64,000 bases of DNA, taken from positions 864,001 through 928,000 of the forward strand of contig CAWABA010000006.1 in the NCBI GenBank assembly GCA_963780185.1, given 5' to 3'. Origin of the DNA: Candidatus Bathyarchaeota archaeon. GTDB taxonomy: Archaea > Thermoproteota > Bathyarchaeia > Bathyarchaeales > Bathycorpusculaceae. The notes under the pieces are model-generated. The model was not told the origin of the DNA and made no database searches. It worked only from the letters and a program-made list of their open reading frames with translations. Both the position numbers and the translations under genes were made by a program. Of this stretch, positions 40,801 through 51,429 are shown piece after piece (within the stretch, counting starts at the first letter, position 1; every line of letters starts with the position of its first letter).

Positions 40801-41245
40801 GCTGCTGCACCTGCTGCTTGAATTTGCGCACGACGTGAATATTTTCAATCGCGGTGGACGGGTACTGCCCCGCGGAGTCTTTCTCATACTGCTTTGTCAT
40901 GTCCCAAACAGTGAGCAAACCCATTGAAACCGCGGCGAGCGCCTCCATCTCCACGCCCGTTTGCGCCTTGGCTTTCACCGTCGCCGAAACCTCAACCGAC
41001 CCTTCGCCGCACACTTTGACGTCTACCTGCACGTTGGTTAAAGGCAGCGGGTGGCAAAGAGGAATCAAACTGCTCGTCTTCTTCGCAGCCAGAACCCCAG
41101 CGATCTTCGCCGTGTAAAGCGGGTCGCCTTTAGCGATTTTTCCAGCCAAAATCAAGCCGATTGTCTCCGGCTTCAGCTTTATCGTTCCCGACGCTGTTGC
41201 TTCCCGGAAGATTTCTGCTTTATCTGAAACATCAACCATTGCCAA
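40793..41245 (-). CDS. moaC: Cyclic pyranopterin monophosphate synthase MoaC
   Basis: MVDVSDK, LIPLCHP, TGVEMEAL and WDMTK. Confidence 0.96.
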   Translation of the reverse strand: MAMVDVSDKAEIFREATASGTIKLKPETIGLILAGKIAKGDPLYTAKIAGVLAAKKTSSLIPLCHPLPLTNVQVDVKVCGEGSVEVSATVKAKAQTGVEMEALAAVSMGLLTVWDMTKQYEKDSAGQYPSTAIENIHVVRKFKQQVQQHE

Positions 41246-41333
41246 GTGCTTTTCCCCGTTAGCGTTTTGTTCTCGTGATAATTCTGTTTTCCTTTCTTGT
41301 ATGTCTTTTTGTTTTTGAGAATGGACAGGCTGC

Positions 41334-41633
41334 CTATTTGCTTTGTTCCCACGCTTCTATCAGGTTTTTGACTGCCTTCGCTTTGTCGGAGGCTTCGTTG
41401 AACCTGTACATGCGAACCCGACCGTAAGCAAGCTCCTGCAGAATTCCTTCCTTCTCCAAAACTTTGAGGTGCTCAGCGGTCGCCGCGAAGTTGCTTCCAA
41501 GTCGACGCGCAATATCCGAAACGTTAAGGGAACCCAATTCGTAGAGTAGTTTTAGGATTTTCATGCGTAGTTTCGATGAAAAAACCTCTTCAAGCTCCAA
41601 TTCTTGGTCACGTCCTTCCTTTTTCGGCGGCAA
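41334..41633 (-). CDS. ArsR-like winged-helix protein
   Basis: FSSKLRMKILKLL...LNVSDIARRL....EHLKVLE.EG; overlaps the cdc6 3' end. Confidence 0.85.
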   Translation of the reverse strand: MPPKKEGRDQELELEEVFSSKLRMKILKLLYELGSLNVSDIARRLGSNFAATAEHLKVLEKEGILQELAYGRVRMYRFNEASDKAKAVKNLIEAWEQSK

Positions 41634-42798
41634 GCGAGGCGCTTAACTCTTTTTCAAGTTCCAACGCTGGGATAGCGGGCAGGGAAACTTGGGTTGATCT
41701 TCCCCGCGCGGTTGAGGAGGCAACTTCGATTTTGATGATGCCTATGGATGAGAGGTACTGGGCGTAATTCCAAATTTGGGTGTGGCTGACGGTTTTTTCG
41801 TTGAATTCTTCGCAGACAACCTCGTAAGCCTTCTCAACCTCAGATAGGGAGGCGTAGGCTTGCTCGTTTTCTTTGAAGAAGCGTGCTACAGCTAGCAGGA
41901 AAAGTTTTTGATGCAGCCCCAGGGAGGTTAGGTCGCTGCGTCGCATGGTTGGGATGATGCTGGAGACTGCGAGTCGGACGCATTCAGGCTCAACCATGTC
42001 GGCGTCGTTGGAGTCAGCGTATTTGCCTGCTCGCCACAGCAGCTCGATTCCGAAGCGGGCGTTCCCCGTTTCCTTAAACGCTAACTCCGCGATCAAGGCG
42101 ACGACGTCTTCCTCTATTGCGCCGGGTTCAAACGCCATGGCTACGCGGTCGCCCAAGATGTCGATTAGCTGTTCTTTGCCGTAGCTTTGAAGGCGGATGA
42201 TGCTGCGTTGCAGGGTGCTTTTTGAGCTTGCATCCAGCTGCTCTATCGCTTTTAGGTCGCGCATGATGAAGATGAAGGAGAGCCGCTGCGGTTTGCCTTG
42301 CCGCATCTCCTGTAGCCGCGTGAGTTTGTAGACGGCGTCTGAGCCTTCGTTTTCGATGACGCTGTCAAACTCGTCCAGCGTAAGCACCACCGAAACCTCC
42401 TCTTCGTCCAGAACCTGCATGAGCGCCGAGAGGATTTCCTCTTCTGAGTATCCTCGGGACGGGTAGGTGGGGCGGAAAGCGGCGAGTGCATGATGGATGA
42501 TTGGGAGCAGGCTGCCGCGGAACTCTCGGCAGTTAACGTGTATGTAACGGAACTTTACGGCTCGCCTGTTGGCTTCCGAGGTGAGGGCTGCGCCGAAGTG
42601 CTGGGCAAGAACCGTTTTCCCCGTTCCCACGTCGCCTGTTAAGATGACGCGTTGAGCCATCCGCTCTGGGCAACGGGTCACGAAGCTGAAAAACTCCATC
42701 AGCAACCGAAGCTCCGATTCGCGGTGAGGAAGCTTCTGCGGCACGTAATTTATGTCAAGCCTCGACTCATCCTTAAACACACTTCTATGCATCCGCAA
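41608..42798 (-). CDS. cdc6: Orc1/Cdc6 replication initiator
   Basis: YVPQKLPHRE, Walker A GDVGTGKT, VNC, LDEFD, GNAR and a C-terminal wH with RGR. Confidence 0.95.
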   Translation of the reverse strand: MRMHRSVFKDESRLDINYVPQKLPHRESELRLLMEFFSFVTRCPERMAQRVILTGDVGTGKTVLAQHFGAALTSEANRRAVKFRYIHVNCREFRGSLLPIIHHALAAFRPTYPSRGYSEEEILSALMQVLDEEEVSVVLTLDEFDSVIENEGSDAVYKLTRLQEMRQGKPQRLSFIFIMRDLKAIEQLDASSKSTLQRSIIRLQSYGKEQLIDILGDRVAMAFEPGAIEEDVVALIAELAFKETGNARFGIELLWRAGKYADSNDADMVEPECVRLAVSSIIPTMRRSDLTSLGLHQKLFLLAVARFFKENEQAYASLSEVEKAYEVVCEEFNEKTVSHTQIWNYAQYLSSIGIIKIEVASSTARGRSTQVSLPAIPALELEKELSASLAAEKGRT

Positions 42799-42799
42799 A

Positions 42800-43890
42800 C
42801 CCGATTCCTCAGCCGAAAGATTCCCAAATCCGATTTAACACCTACAGTTGCAGTAAAACCCTAATAAATCCATTTAGCAAAGACCCTCCTTGTTGAATCC
42901 GATTTAAGCCGTCGCCTATAGAAATCGCGTGCTTTAGAAGAAACCCGTCAAAATGTGTATTTATCAATTTTCAAGCAGTAAGACAGCTTCTCGTTTCAAA
43001 GTAACACCCAACGCATTCACCATATTGACCAACGCTAAAACGTGGTTGCTTTAGTAAAACTCAAATTGTGAAAAGGGCAATTTTTACTTTGTGTTGTTTT
43101 AGCATGTCTCACATATACAACAGGATAAGCGTAATGCAGAAAGCAGGATCTAATGTCTGTCAGGTTTAAGCTTCTATCCACATAGGGCATCTAACCTTAG
43201 AGAACGCTCAATACGGTATTATACCGTTAAAGACTGCAGAAGAACTTTTGCCAATGGAAGATGGGTCTATGAACAGCTTGATTACTGCCCAAATCTGTAA
43301 GCAGAAAATGATAGCTCTGTCAGAACCTTATTGCAATTTAGCAATCCTTCAATTTCTTTGCGATAAGAAGATATAGGTGTCTTGTGAGTAAAAATTCTGA
43401 CGAAACATAATTACTTTGGTAATTCAGAATCCATTGCTATATTTCGGGAAAGTTATTTATAGTTTCTCACAAGCAGTCGTTTAGCGGGTTATTTGGACTA
43501 GGCAGTTGAATGCTTGTTCATGCGCTTGGTTTTCGCACTCGCTTGACCTTTTGTTATATCATCGATTTCTAGGTTACGTTTAATAGCCCAATTGAATTTA
43601 GAATCTTAATAGCCTGCAACACGCAACGAATAACAACCTGATTACTGCTTCGGAAGTTACTCAGATTTGCCTAGTTTGTTATTCCTCTTATTGGTTTCAA
43701 TATTGTTGGTATAAAAGGTTATGAAAGGCAAATCTGAATCAAGAATACGTTGCTTGAACAAGCGAGATCAGATCAACAGCTTTTCTTAGACTGATATTCC
43801 GTGAATCTTCGCCGGAGACCATACTTCAAAGTTGTCAGAACCATGTTTTGATAAGGCTTAAAAGCTCCTAGGTCGAGTACATTCCAATAC
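42800..43890. other. Candidate replication origin
   Basis: 1.1 kb ORF-free AT-rich region directly upstream of cdc6 with short direct repeats; no canonical ORB recognised. Confidence 0.5.
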
Positions 43891-43900
43891 GTGACCCGTC

Positions 43901-45191
43901 ATGGTTGATGTTTGGCTTCCCTACGGAAAAACCGACGTTTGCGTCCGAGTTCCAGCCCGAAACCTGCTCGGCACAATCGAGCCCGCCGACCGCCAAGGCG
44001 CAGCAGACGCCAAAGCAGAAGTTGAACGGGCATTAAAAGACCCATTCCCAGTCGGTTCAAAGCGCCTAAGCGAAATCGCCAAGCCCGAGAGCAAAGTCGC
44101 CATCGTGGTTGACGACGGAACCCGCAAAACTCCAACCGAAACGATGCTGCTGCCCGTTCTCGCCGAATTGAATATGGCAGGCGTCAAAGACGAGAACATC
44201 ACGGTTATTTTCGGCTGCGGGACCCACCGCGCGGTTAAGCCTGAAGAAGCCGCCGTGCTGCTTGGCGCCGAAGCCTCAAAACGGGTAAAAGCTGTCAGCC
44301 ATGACTGCCAAGCCACAGATTTGGTGAACATCGGCACAACAAAAACGCACGGCAACAAAATGCATGGTTAACCGAGTTTTCGCCGAAGCAGACGTACGAG
44401 TGCTTTTAGGCGACGTTGGCTTTCACTATTATGCGGGTTACGGCGGCGGAAGAAAAAGCGTTTTGCCCGCGGTCTGCGGCGAAGAAACCATCAAGCAGAA
44501 CCACGCCTTGCTGCTGCACGCCAACTCGCGGACGGGAAACTTGGAAGATAACCCTGTGCATCGGGACATGACTGAGGCCGCTCGGCTAGCCAAAGTTGAC
44601 TTCATCGTGAACGTTGTTGAAAACAAGAAGGGTGAAATCGTAAAAGCCTTCGCTGGAGACTTGGAGCAGGCTTTTCTGGAAGCCGTCAAACTGGTGGATG
44701 AAATGTACCGTGTAACAATCGACCGCAGAGCCGACATTTTAGTGGTAAGCGCAGGCGGGAACCCAGCGGACATAAACCTGTATCAAGCTTACAAAGCGTT
44801 GGATAACGTTTTGGACGCGGTGAAACGGGGCGGCGTCATAATTTTGGTGGCTGAGTGCCCTGAAGGGCACGGGAACCAAGTGTTTTACGATTGGATGAGC
44901 CGTCTGGGCGACCTCAAAAACGTGGAGCGCGAAATCAAACATAACTTTGTCTTGGGCGGACACAAAGCATACTACCTCCTAAAAGCCCTGCAAAACCACC
45001 AAATAATCTTGGTTTCTTCGCTGCCCGACTATTACGCAACAAGCATCTTCAAGCTGAAGACCGCCCGCGCCGTAAACGATGCGTTGGCTGAAGCGTTAAA
45101 GATAGCTGGTTCGGCTTCGAGGGTTTGGGCGGTTCCTCAAGGCAGCTACACGTTGCCAGTGTTTAAGGCTCCTGAAGAAATAAAGGCTTAA
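43901..45191 (+). CDS. larA: Nickel-pincer lactate racemase family protein (LarA), frameshift near 44360
   Basis: LPYG, DDGTRKTP, GCGTHR, FHYYAGYGGGRKS.LP, D.NLYQAYK, ECPEG.G and GGHK. Confidence 0.9.
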
Positions 45192-45281
45192 GCCATCTGC
45201 CTGCAGCCAAAAATGCGGTTGATGGATGATTAAGCGTAACCTTTAAGTTTACATGGTGAAATCTCCTTTAAGAAAGGCGGA

Positions 45282-45763
45282 ATGATGCAGCAGACTTTCA
45301 CTCTTCGCAAATTCGTTCCTGGCGACTTACAAAATGTAATGCAGGTAAACCGTGTCTGTTTACCAGAAAACTACACCGACTTCTTCTTTATCGACTTGCA
45401 CCAGCGTTTTCCAGAAACCTTCATTGTAGCGGAGGAAAACGGGGAAATGGCGGGTTACATCATGTGCCGCATAGAAGTCGGCTTGTCAAATTATGGTTTC
45501 GGCGGCTTGATTCGGAAGGGGCATGTGGTATCCATCGCGGTTATGCCGCAATCATCAGGCGAAAAGGAGTCGCCAAGGCAGTAATCACTAAGGCGTTGGA
45601 AGGCATGGAGTACTACAAGGCTAAACAATGCTTCCTCGAAGTCAGAGTCACCAACGACGCGGCAATTTCGCTGTACAAGAAGCTTGGGTTCGAAAACACC
45701 CGAACCCTAAACGGGTACTACTCAGACGGCGAAGACGCCTACGTCATGACCAAAAGACTATAA
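45282..45763 (+). CDS. rimI: N-terminal acetyltransferase RimI/Ard1, frameshifted
   Basis: LPENY, GYIMCRIE, GHVVSIAV, LEVRVTN..AI.LY.KLGF and YYSDGEDAY.M. Confidence 0.92.
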
Positions 45764-46248
45764 TCGAGCTTTACTTCTTTTCAATTTTGGTCATCTAATT
45801 ATTATGTGGGCTTCTTGTTGAGTTCATGTTCATTCCGTTAAACATTATGCTCCTTATGTTTACGTTCGTTATCCTTAGGTCAAAAATTTATTTAACCAAA
45901 CCAACCCCAACTGGTAGTGCTCACCTTGTTTTAATAATCTAACGAATGTTGGATTTAGGTCATTTCTGCTCAGTCTCCATCTCATCCTTAGGATTAATCA
46001 TGGTTTTTTATGAAAGTTTGCTTTTGAAAAGTAAAAAATTGAATTAATAGAAAAAGTTCCATTATTTTTTTGTTCACCAAGCCTTATATGCAATATTAAA
46101 TACATAACTATTAATACGGTCTATTTCGCAGAGTGCAAGAATCAAAATGAAAACTTGGTCATCTATTGTAGTTGCGTGTATTTTGTTTTTTGTTTCTATC
46201 TTTGTCGGTTCTTTTGCTTGACGCAAAATTCTGCAGGACATTGGTGGC

Positions 46249-46650
46249 TTGGTCATAGTTTCATCGTTTTCGCGGGTTCTCCTTGAGAGCTTCAATAAAA
46301 TACCATTGCAGACCCAGATAACTAATACATACGCTGATTACTTTTTATACCAAACGCGAAAAAAGATATTGATCAGTTCTCTTCCCATAATAATTGTTGT
46401 AAGGTTGTCTCAAGCCACCATTACAAACGCTGCAGATATTATCCTTCTTATAAGAAAACGTTATAATTTTCAGATAAGCCCAGGCACAGTTTATCCTGTC
46501 TTTTACAAGCTTGAAATAGAAGAATACATTAAGAGATTACCAAACAGAAGAAAGAAAATGTATGTACTGACCAATAAAGGCAACGGCTTAATGTCTCAAG
46601 AAATTGCTAGAATCTTATTGGCCTTTGATATCTTATTTGAATATATCTAA
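46249..46650 (+). CDS. PadR-like winged-helix regulator; start uncertain
   Basis: ISPGTVYPVFYKLE...YI......K.Y.LT.KG. Confidence 0.7.
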   Translation: MVIVSSFSRVLLESFNKIPLQTQITNTYADYFLYQTRKKILISSLPIIIVVRLSQATITNAADIILLIRKRYNFQISPGTVYPVFYKLEIEEYIKRLPNRRKKMYVLTNKGNGLMSQEIARILLAFDILFEYI

Positions 46651-46908
46651 GCTGATGTGAGTATACTCATTTTTAACTACCTCAATTCTTTTTTATCGTT
46701 TTGTTAAGAATACCCTGAAGTACTTCGAAACGCTTTTATTAAGAAAAAATCGATGAAACGTAGAAGATGAGGGATTAACGACAAAATAGCCCCCCCTTGT
46801 CTTACTCATTTATTCCACCTTGCGAAAGTTCGATTAAAAAACGGCTTAGCCCTTCAATCTCCTTCCTATTTTTAAAGACGATGTGTAACTTAATCCCATC
46901 AGATGTTT

Positions 46909-47394
46909 TCATTCTTTAACTACTTTTGAGACTATTAAATAGTACAGTAATAGCGATATGAATAAAATTCCTGTGCCAGCAAAGAATAGAATTCCTGCTT
47001 GGAAGGAATATTGATGCCAGAATGAAACTTGATTTATCCCTGTCTGTTGAATAATCGGTCGCGATAAGTAGAGTGAGATTAAGAATGTGGCTATACCCAT
47101 AAAGGCATACCCGAGTATATTTGGAATCAACGCTACATAGATAACTCTGGGCACTTTTTCGCTTGTTTTTAAGTACCTTTTGTTGCATCTTAATCTCTTG
47201 AATCCAGGAATTATTATCATCGCAATTATGACAAAACTGGCAATAAGTCCTAATAGGGTAAACACAGAATTTTTGAATGTGGCAAAATAATAAGAATCGT
47301 TGATAGCTATCATCCACATTCCGATAAATAAGAAGTAAATCCCTAAATTGATGCGAGCAACGTCAAAATTTAACTCTTTTCCAATTTTGTTCAT
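46909..47394 (-). CDS. 4-TM membrane protein
   Basis: Four hydrophobic segments; low GC. Confidence 0.7.
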   Translation of the reverse strand: MNKIGKELNFDVARINLGIYFLFIGMWMIAINDSYYFATFKNSVFTLLGLIASFVIIAMIIIPGFKRLRCNKRYLKTSEKVPRVIYVALIPNILGYAFMGIATFLISLYLSRPIIQQTGINQVSFWHQYSFQAGILFFAGTGILFISLLLYYLIVSKVVKE

Positions 47395-47548
47395 GTATGA
47401 TTACAACTGCCAAAATAGATTTAAGACTATTGATATTTCGAAATTCGAATTCTTGCCAAAACTTATTAGCGATAGCAAATCAACGTAACCTTTGAGCGTC
47501 GAGTGTGGGACGCAATGACAAGAAATACCCAAATAAGGAAATGAAAAT

Positions 47549-49306
47549 ATGAAAAAAGAAATAAAAGCTCTAGTACTTATGACAATTTTGTTAATGTCGT
47601 TCGCAACTTCTTTAGGTATAGTGAAAGGACAAACAACAAATACACAATCGCAATCCGATAACAATTTGCAGAAAACATTGGACAAAATGTTCGTTAAAGA
47701 ACTGGGGCTCTCTTCAAACATTACAGCCATCACAAGCTCAGTCAATTTGTCTGAAAACACCAAGTCTGGGGGTTTCACTTACGCCGGCCGCTTTTCTTCA
47801 GGGAGTAGCCAATATTTTGTTCAGTCAAACTATCTAGTTCAACGATCTCAAGTAGGCGCCAACGGGCAAAATTCGGTAATAACATGCGAAAAGACGACCA
47901 TAAGAGGCTTTATAAATTCTACTTATGACTATAAAGAGGTAAATGTAACATCAAACAATTGCGTTATGACCCATAGAACATTAAACATGCAAATCACTAA
48001 TGGTTCAACTGAATTTTTTGACATTAACTCTCACATTTCAAGCTCATTAGAAACAAAAGCAATTTTGACAAACCGTGCGACAATTGACCAAAATGCGACC
48101 AATCCAATCGGGACTTACCAGGTAAACACCACGTCACAAAATAATTCTACCAGTGGAGTTGTTACAATGCCTGACGGAAGTCAAATAACAGTGTCTTCCG
48201 GTCAGATCCCGCCTGACCAAGCTTCAAATGTGCAGTCTGAGCAGAACAGGATTTCACCTATGGATAGCCAATACGATGATCATGGAAATTCAGCACATAC
48301 TGCATCCAATGGAAACCATGATGTGTGGTGTTTATGGGTTTGGTGCACCGCAACCTATTGGAATGACGGCTGGTTCGTTGCTTACTTTGTAACGGTACTA
48401 ATAGCCCAAATTGGCGGTGCTGCAGCACTCCCACTCTTTCCATATATAATGGTTATAACGGGCGCATGGGTAGCGTATATGCAGTGGCAGGGAGGCCATT
48501 ACGAGGCTTTGATGACTGGCACATACACCAATTACTACTGGACGTATGTTACCTTCGTTTACGAATATTACGGCATTGGCTGGCTGTCAATCCCATTGGC
48601 AGATTGCTATGAATCAGGGTATTACACTAATGAAATCGATGGCGTTCCTCAGAGTGGCTGGGCATATTATCCAGTCCTCCAGTACTGCACCCCTCATTAT
48701 GCGTCCCTCGAAGTTAGCTTGTATGAGGCGCACGCCAGTATATGGCCTTACGACCCACCAGCAGTTGTTTACGTGACTCTACAAGTTTACGATGATTCCA
48801 GCGCAAGTTACCTTAGCAATATTCCAGTTTGCATAGATGGTAGTTGGGTGCCTAGTGGGAACACCTTTTTAGCACCAGCAAGCGATCACATATTTTCTGC
48901 GGCTGACTCAGACTCTGTAGGGGCTTTCAATTGCTTTTACAACGGTACCAATTATTTTGGTAACTCAGCAGATATAATAATCTCTCCAGACGCAACGGTA
49001 ACTGCTTACTACAACTACATACCAACATTTAACATAGTAATTTCTGCTAATGATCCTGGGAGTAACCCTGTCCAAACTAATGTTTACATAAATAGTGTCT
49101 ACGCTGGAACAACTGATCTATATACAGGGTATCTATCGTTGAATTTGCCTCTTGGCTTCTATAGCTTCTCTGAGGACTATCTTGGCTGGGACAACAATTG
49201 GAATACGTACGTCCCCTTTGTGGCGATATTCTCAAGTAGTCTAGATGGCGATGGAAATCTAGTGGTAACTGGGGACGACACATACGTCGGCCTATATTAC
49301 TATTAA
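47549..49306 (+). CDS. Large secreted hypothetical protein
   Basis: Signal peptide, Ser/Thr/Asn-rich N-domain, internal hydrophobic hairpin, C-terminal beta-rich (PEGA/Ig-like) domains. Confidence 0.8.
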   Translation: MKKEIKALVLMTILLMSFATSLGIVKGQTTNTQSQSDNNLQKTLDKMFVKELGLSSNITAITSSVNLSENTKSGGFTYAGRFSSGSSQYFVQSNYLVQRSQVGANGQNSVITCEKTTIRGFINSTYDYKEVNVTSNNCVMTHRTLNMQITNGSTEFFDINSHISSSLETKAILTNRATIDQNATNPIGTYQVNTTSQNNSTSGVVTMPDGSQITVSSGQIPPDQASNVQSEQNRISPMDSQYDDHGNSAHTASNGNHDVWCLWVWCTATYWNDGWFVAYFVTVLIAQIGGAAALPLFPYIMVITGAWVAYMQWQGGHYEALMTGTYTNYYWTYVTFVYEYYGIGWLSIPLADCYESGYYTNEIDGVPQSGWAYYPVLQYCTPHYASLEVSLYEAHASIWPYDPPAVVYVTLQVYDDSSASYLSNIPVCIDGSWVPSGNTFLAPASDHIFSAADSDSVGAFNCFYNGTNYFGNSADIIISPDATVTAYYNYIPTFNIVISANDPGSNPVQTNVYINSVYAGTTDLYTGYLSLNLPLGFYSFSEDYLGWDNNWNTYVPFVAIFSSSLDGDGNLVVTGDDTYVGLYYY

Positions 49307-49784
49307 ATAATCCTTTTTTTTTCGTTTAATCCCTCCTTATTGTAAAAGGCAATGAGTATTTTCTGGTCATCCATTTGCTGTTTTCACATGAGGTCGTGTG
49401 GCTTTGCAAGTTCATTTTTTTCGCCTTACTTTTTCGGCTTGCAAGTGTAATTACCGAGGACCACTTCGTATTTTCAGTCTTTATTGTTCTGAGTTGTATC
49501 GGCTGGCGGTTACCATATTTTTATTGGAAGAGTCAGCCTGTTACTGTTTGTTCATAAAAATCGAGGAACCATTCACTTTCAGTTTACCCTCACTGCTCTG
49601 CGGCGTCGTTTGAGTTGATGGTTTAATAGTTATGGAAGACGGCAAGTGGTTGGAAGCTATGGGAAGGGCTCAGCTTAGTTACCGAAGCCTTCAAGTATTT
49701 CGACTTTCGACATGTTCTTCTCTTGGCAATTTGGCTTATATGGTGTATACCAATACTTACGATTAGCTGACAACGAAAGGAGAC

Positions 49785-50504
49785 ATGAAAGATTTGACGA
49801 TTCTAGTTCAACAAATGGAAACGAGTTGTTCAGCGCAGCTAATAATTGCAGCATTAAACGAAGCCCCAGGAATCGGACTTACAATAGCCGAGATGAAAGA
49901 TACTTTAGGTGAGATTCCAGTCCTAGTTGTAGATGGCAAAAGCAGCGACCGAACAGTCGAGATAGCTAGGAACTTGGGTGCAAAGGTTGTTTATCAAGAT
50001 GGCAACGGCAAAGGCGACGCATTGATTAAAGCTTTTGAACATGCCGACCTGAACGTGGATTACATAATTCTTACTGACGCAGACTACACTTACCCAGCTG
50101 AGCATGTTCCAGCTATGATAAAAATACTCGATGAAAACCCGCTTGTAGGCATGGTTTGCGGCAACAGACTCGACGGTCAAGTTGACAAGAAAGCTTTGCA
50201 TGATGTTTTCCATATTGGCAACATGCTGCTGGCTTTGGCACATAACATGCTTAACGGCGTGCCCCTTCAAGATCCGTTAACTGGACTACGAGTAATACGC
50301 GCCGAAATCTTGCGAGGAAGGCTTATGAAGTCCAAGGGCTTCGACATCGAGGTTGAGTTGAACCATCGGGTGGAACTGCTTGGCTTCAAGACTCAGGAAA
50401 TACCGATTCGCTACAGAGCACGGTTAGGCGAGAAGAAGTTGAAGGTAAGTCACGGTTTTACTATCCTAAAAAGAATATTGTTGGAAACAGCCTGTAGGAA
50501 TTGA
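49785..50504 (+). CDS. GT2 glycosyltransferase (DPM-synthase-like)
   Basis: AALNE, VVDGKSSDRT, GKGDAL, DADYTY, DPLTG.R and FDIEVE. Confidence 0.92.
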   Translation: MKDLTILVQQMETSCSAQLIIAALNEAPGIGLTIAEMKDTLGEIPVLVVDGKSSDRTVEIARNLGAKVVYQDGNGKGDALIKAFEHADLNVDYIILTDADYTYPAEHVPAMIKILDENPLVGMVCGNRLDGQVDKKALHDVFHIGNMLLALAHNMLNGVPLQDPLTGLRVIRAEILRGRLMKSKGFDIEVELNHRVELLGFKTQEIPIRYRARLGEKKLKVSHGFTILKRILLETACRN

Positions 50505-50516
50505 TGCAAACGCGAT

Positions 50517-50736
50517 TTAGTTTCTGTAGCATATTTTAGTATAGCTTATAAGCATTTCTATGTCCATTATTACGACGTCTGGATGCAAAGTGGCGATTTT
50601 TGAAGGGGCTTCTTCGCCGTCTCTGGCTGTTCCTATGACGGATAACTGGATCTGATTGCAGGGTATCTTGGAGGATCTTCTGCGTGAAAAGTGAATCGTC
50701 AACTACAAGTAGCTTGATTGGATGCATAGTTACCAC
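50517..50736 (-). pseudogene. cheB: Truncated CheB (partial receiver domain only)
   Basis: IKLLVVDDSLF.QKIL...L.SDP...VIGTARDGEEA..KI..LHPDVVIMDIEM, then stop; no methylesterase domain. Confidence 0.75.
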
Positions 50737-50893
50737 AATTTGAACAGGGGTCTGAAGATTTAGCGTTTGAAAACAGTGATCTTCACGGTTTTGTCTGTTA
50801 CAAATGAATCGGCAAGTGCCTATAAGTCGATCATGAAAATCAAGTATGTATTCTGAAGTCTAAGCGTAAAGCGCAAGCGAAAATTTTAGAAAA

Positions 50894-51253
50894 TTAGACT
50901 ATGTAGCTTGTGCTTCCTGCAATTGAAAGTTGGGTCTTCAACCAGTCTTCGCTCATGAGGCACCATTTCGAGTCGGCTCCCTCAATTTGCAGTACCATAA
51001 TCAAGTCAACCTTGTCCAGCTTGGCGTATTCCAAAAGGATATCGTAGGTTTTTTGGTTTATGTCAATGTCTAAATCTTGCGGTGTGTCGTCTGAGGCTTG
51101 TTTGGCGTGGAATATGGCTTTGATTTTGTCGGCTGTCTCGTTGATTTTGACGTTGATTCCGTTGACGTAGTATATTTTGTTGTTGTAGCTTAGGATGACA
51201 TTTCGGGCGTTTCCCGATTTTACTTCTGTATGTTCCATTCTCGAGCCTCTCAT
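50894..51253 (-). CDS. Hypothetical protein
   Basis: 119 aa ORF between cheA and the cheB remnant. Confidence 0.65.
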   Translation of the reverse strand: MRGSRMEHTEVKSGNARNVILSYNNKIYYVNGINVKINETADKIKAIFHAKQASDDTPQDLDIDINQKTYDILLEYAKLDKVDLIMVLQIEGADSKWCLMSEDWLKTQLSIAGSTSYIV

Positions 51254-51429
51254 TTATTGACTGTTGAGACAGTAATAAAACGGTACTTCCTGTGTCGGAA
51301 TATTGCGAGTGTAGATCTGGCAAATTAGCCTCCGGAAAAACAAGATAGACTAAGGACACAAGTTCACAGATCATGCATGTATGAGCACTACAAAAAAGGG
51401 TCAAAATGAAGCAACCCATCTGTTATGCG

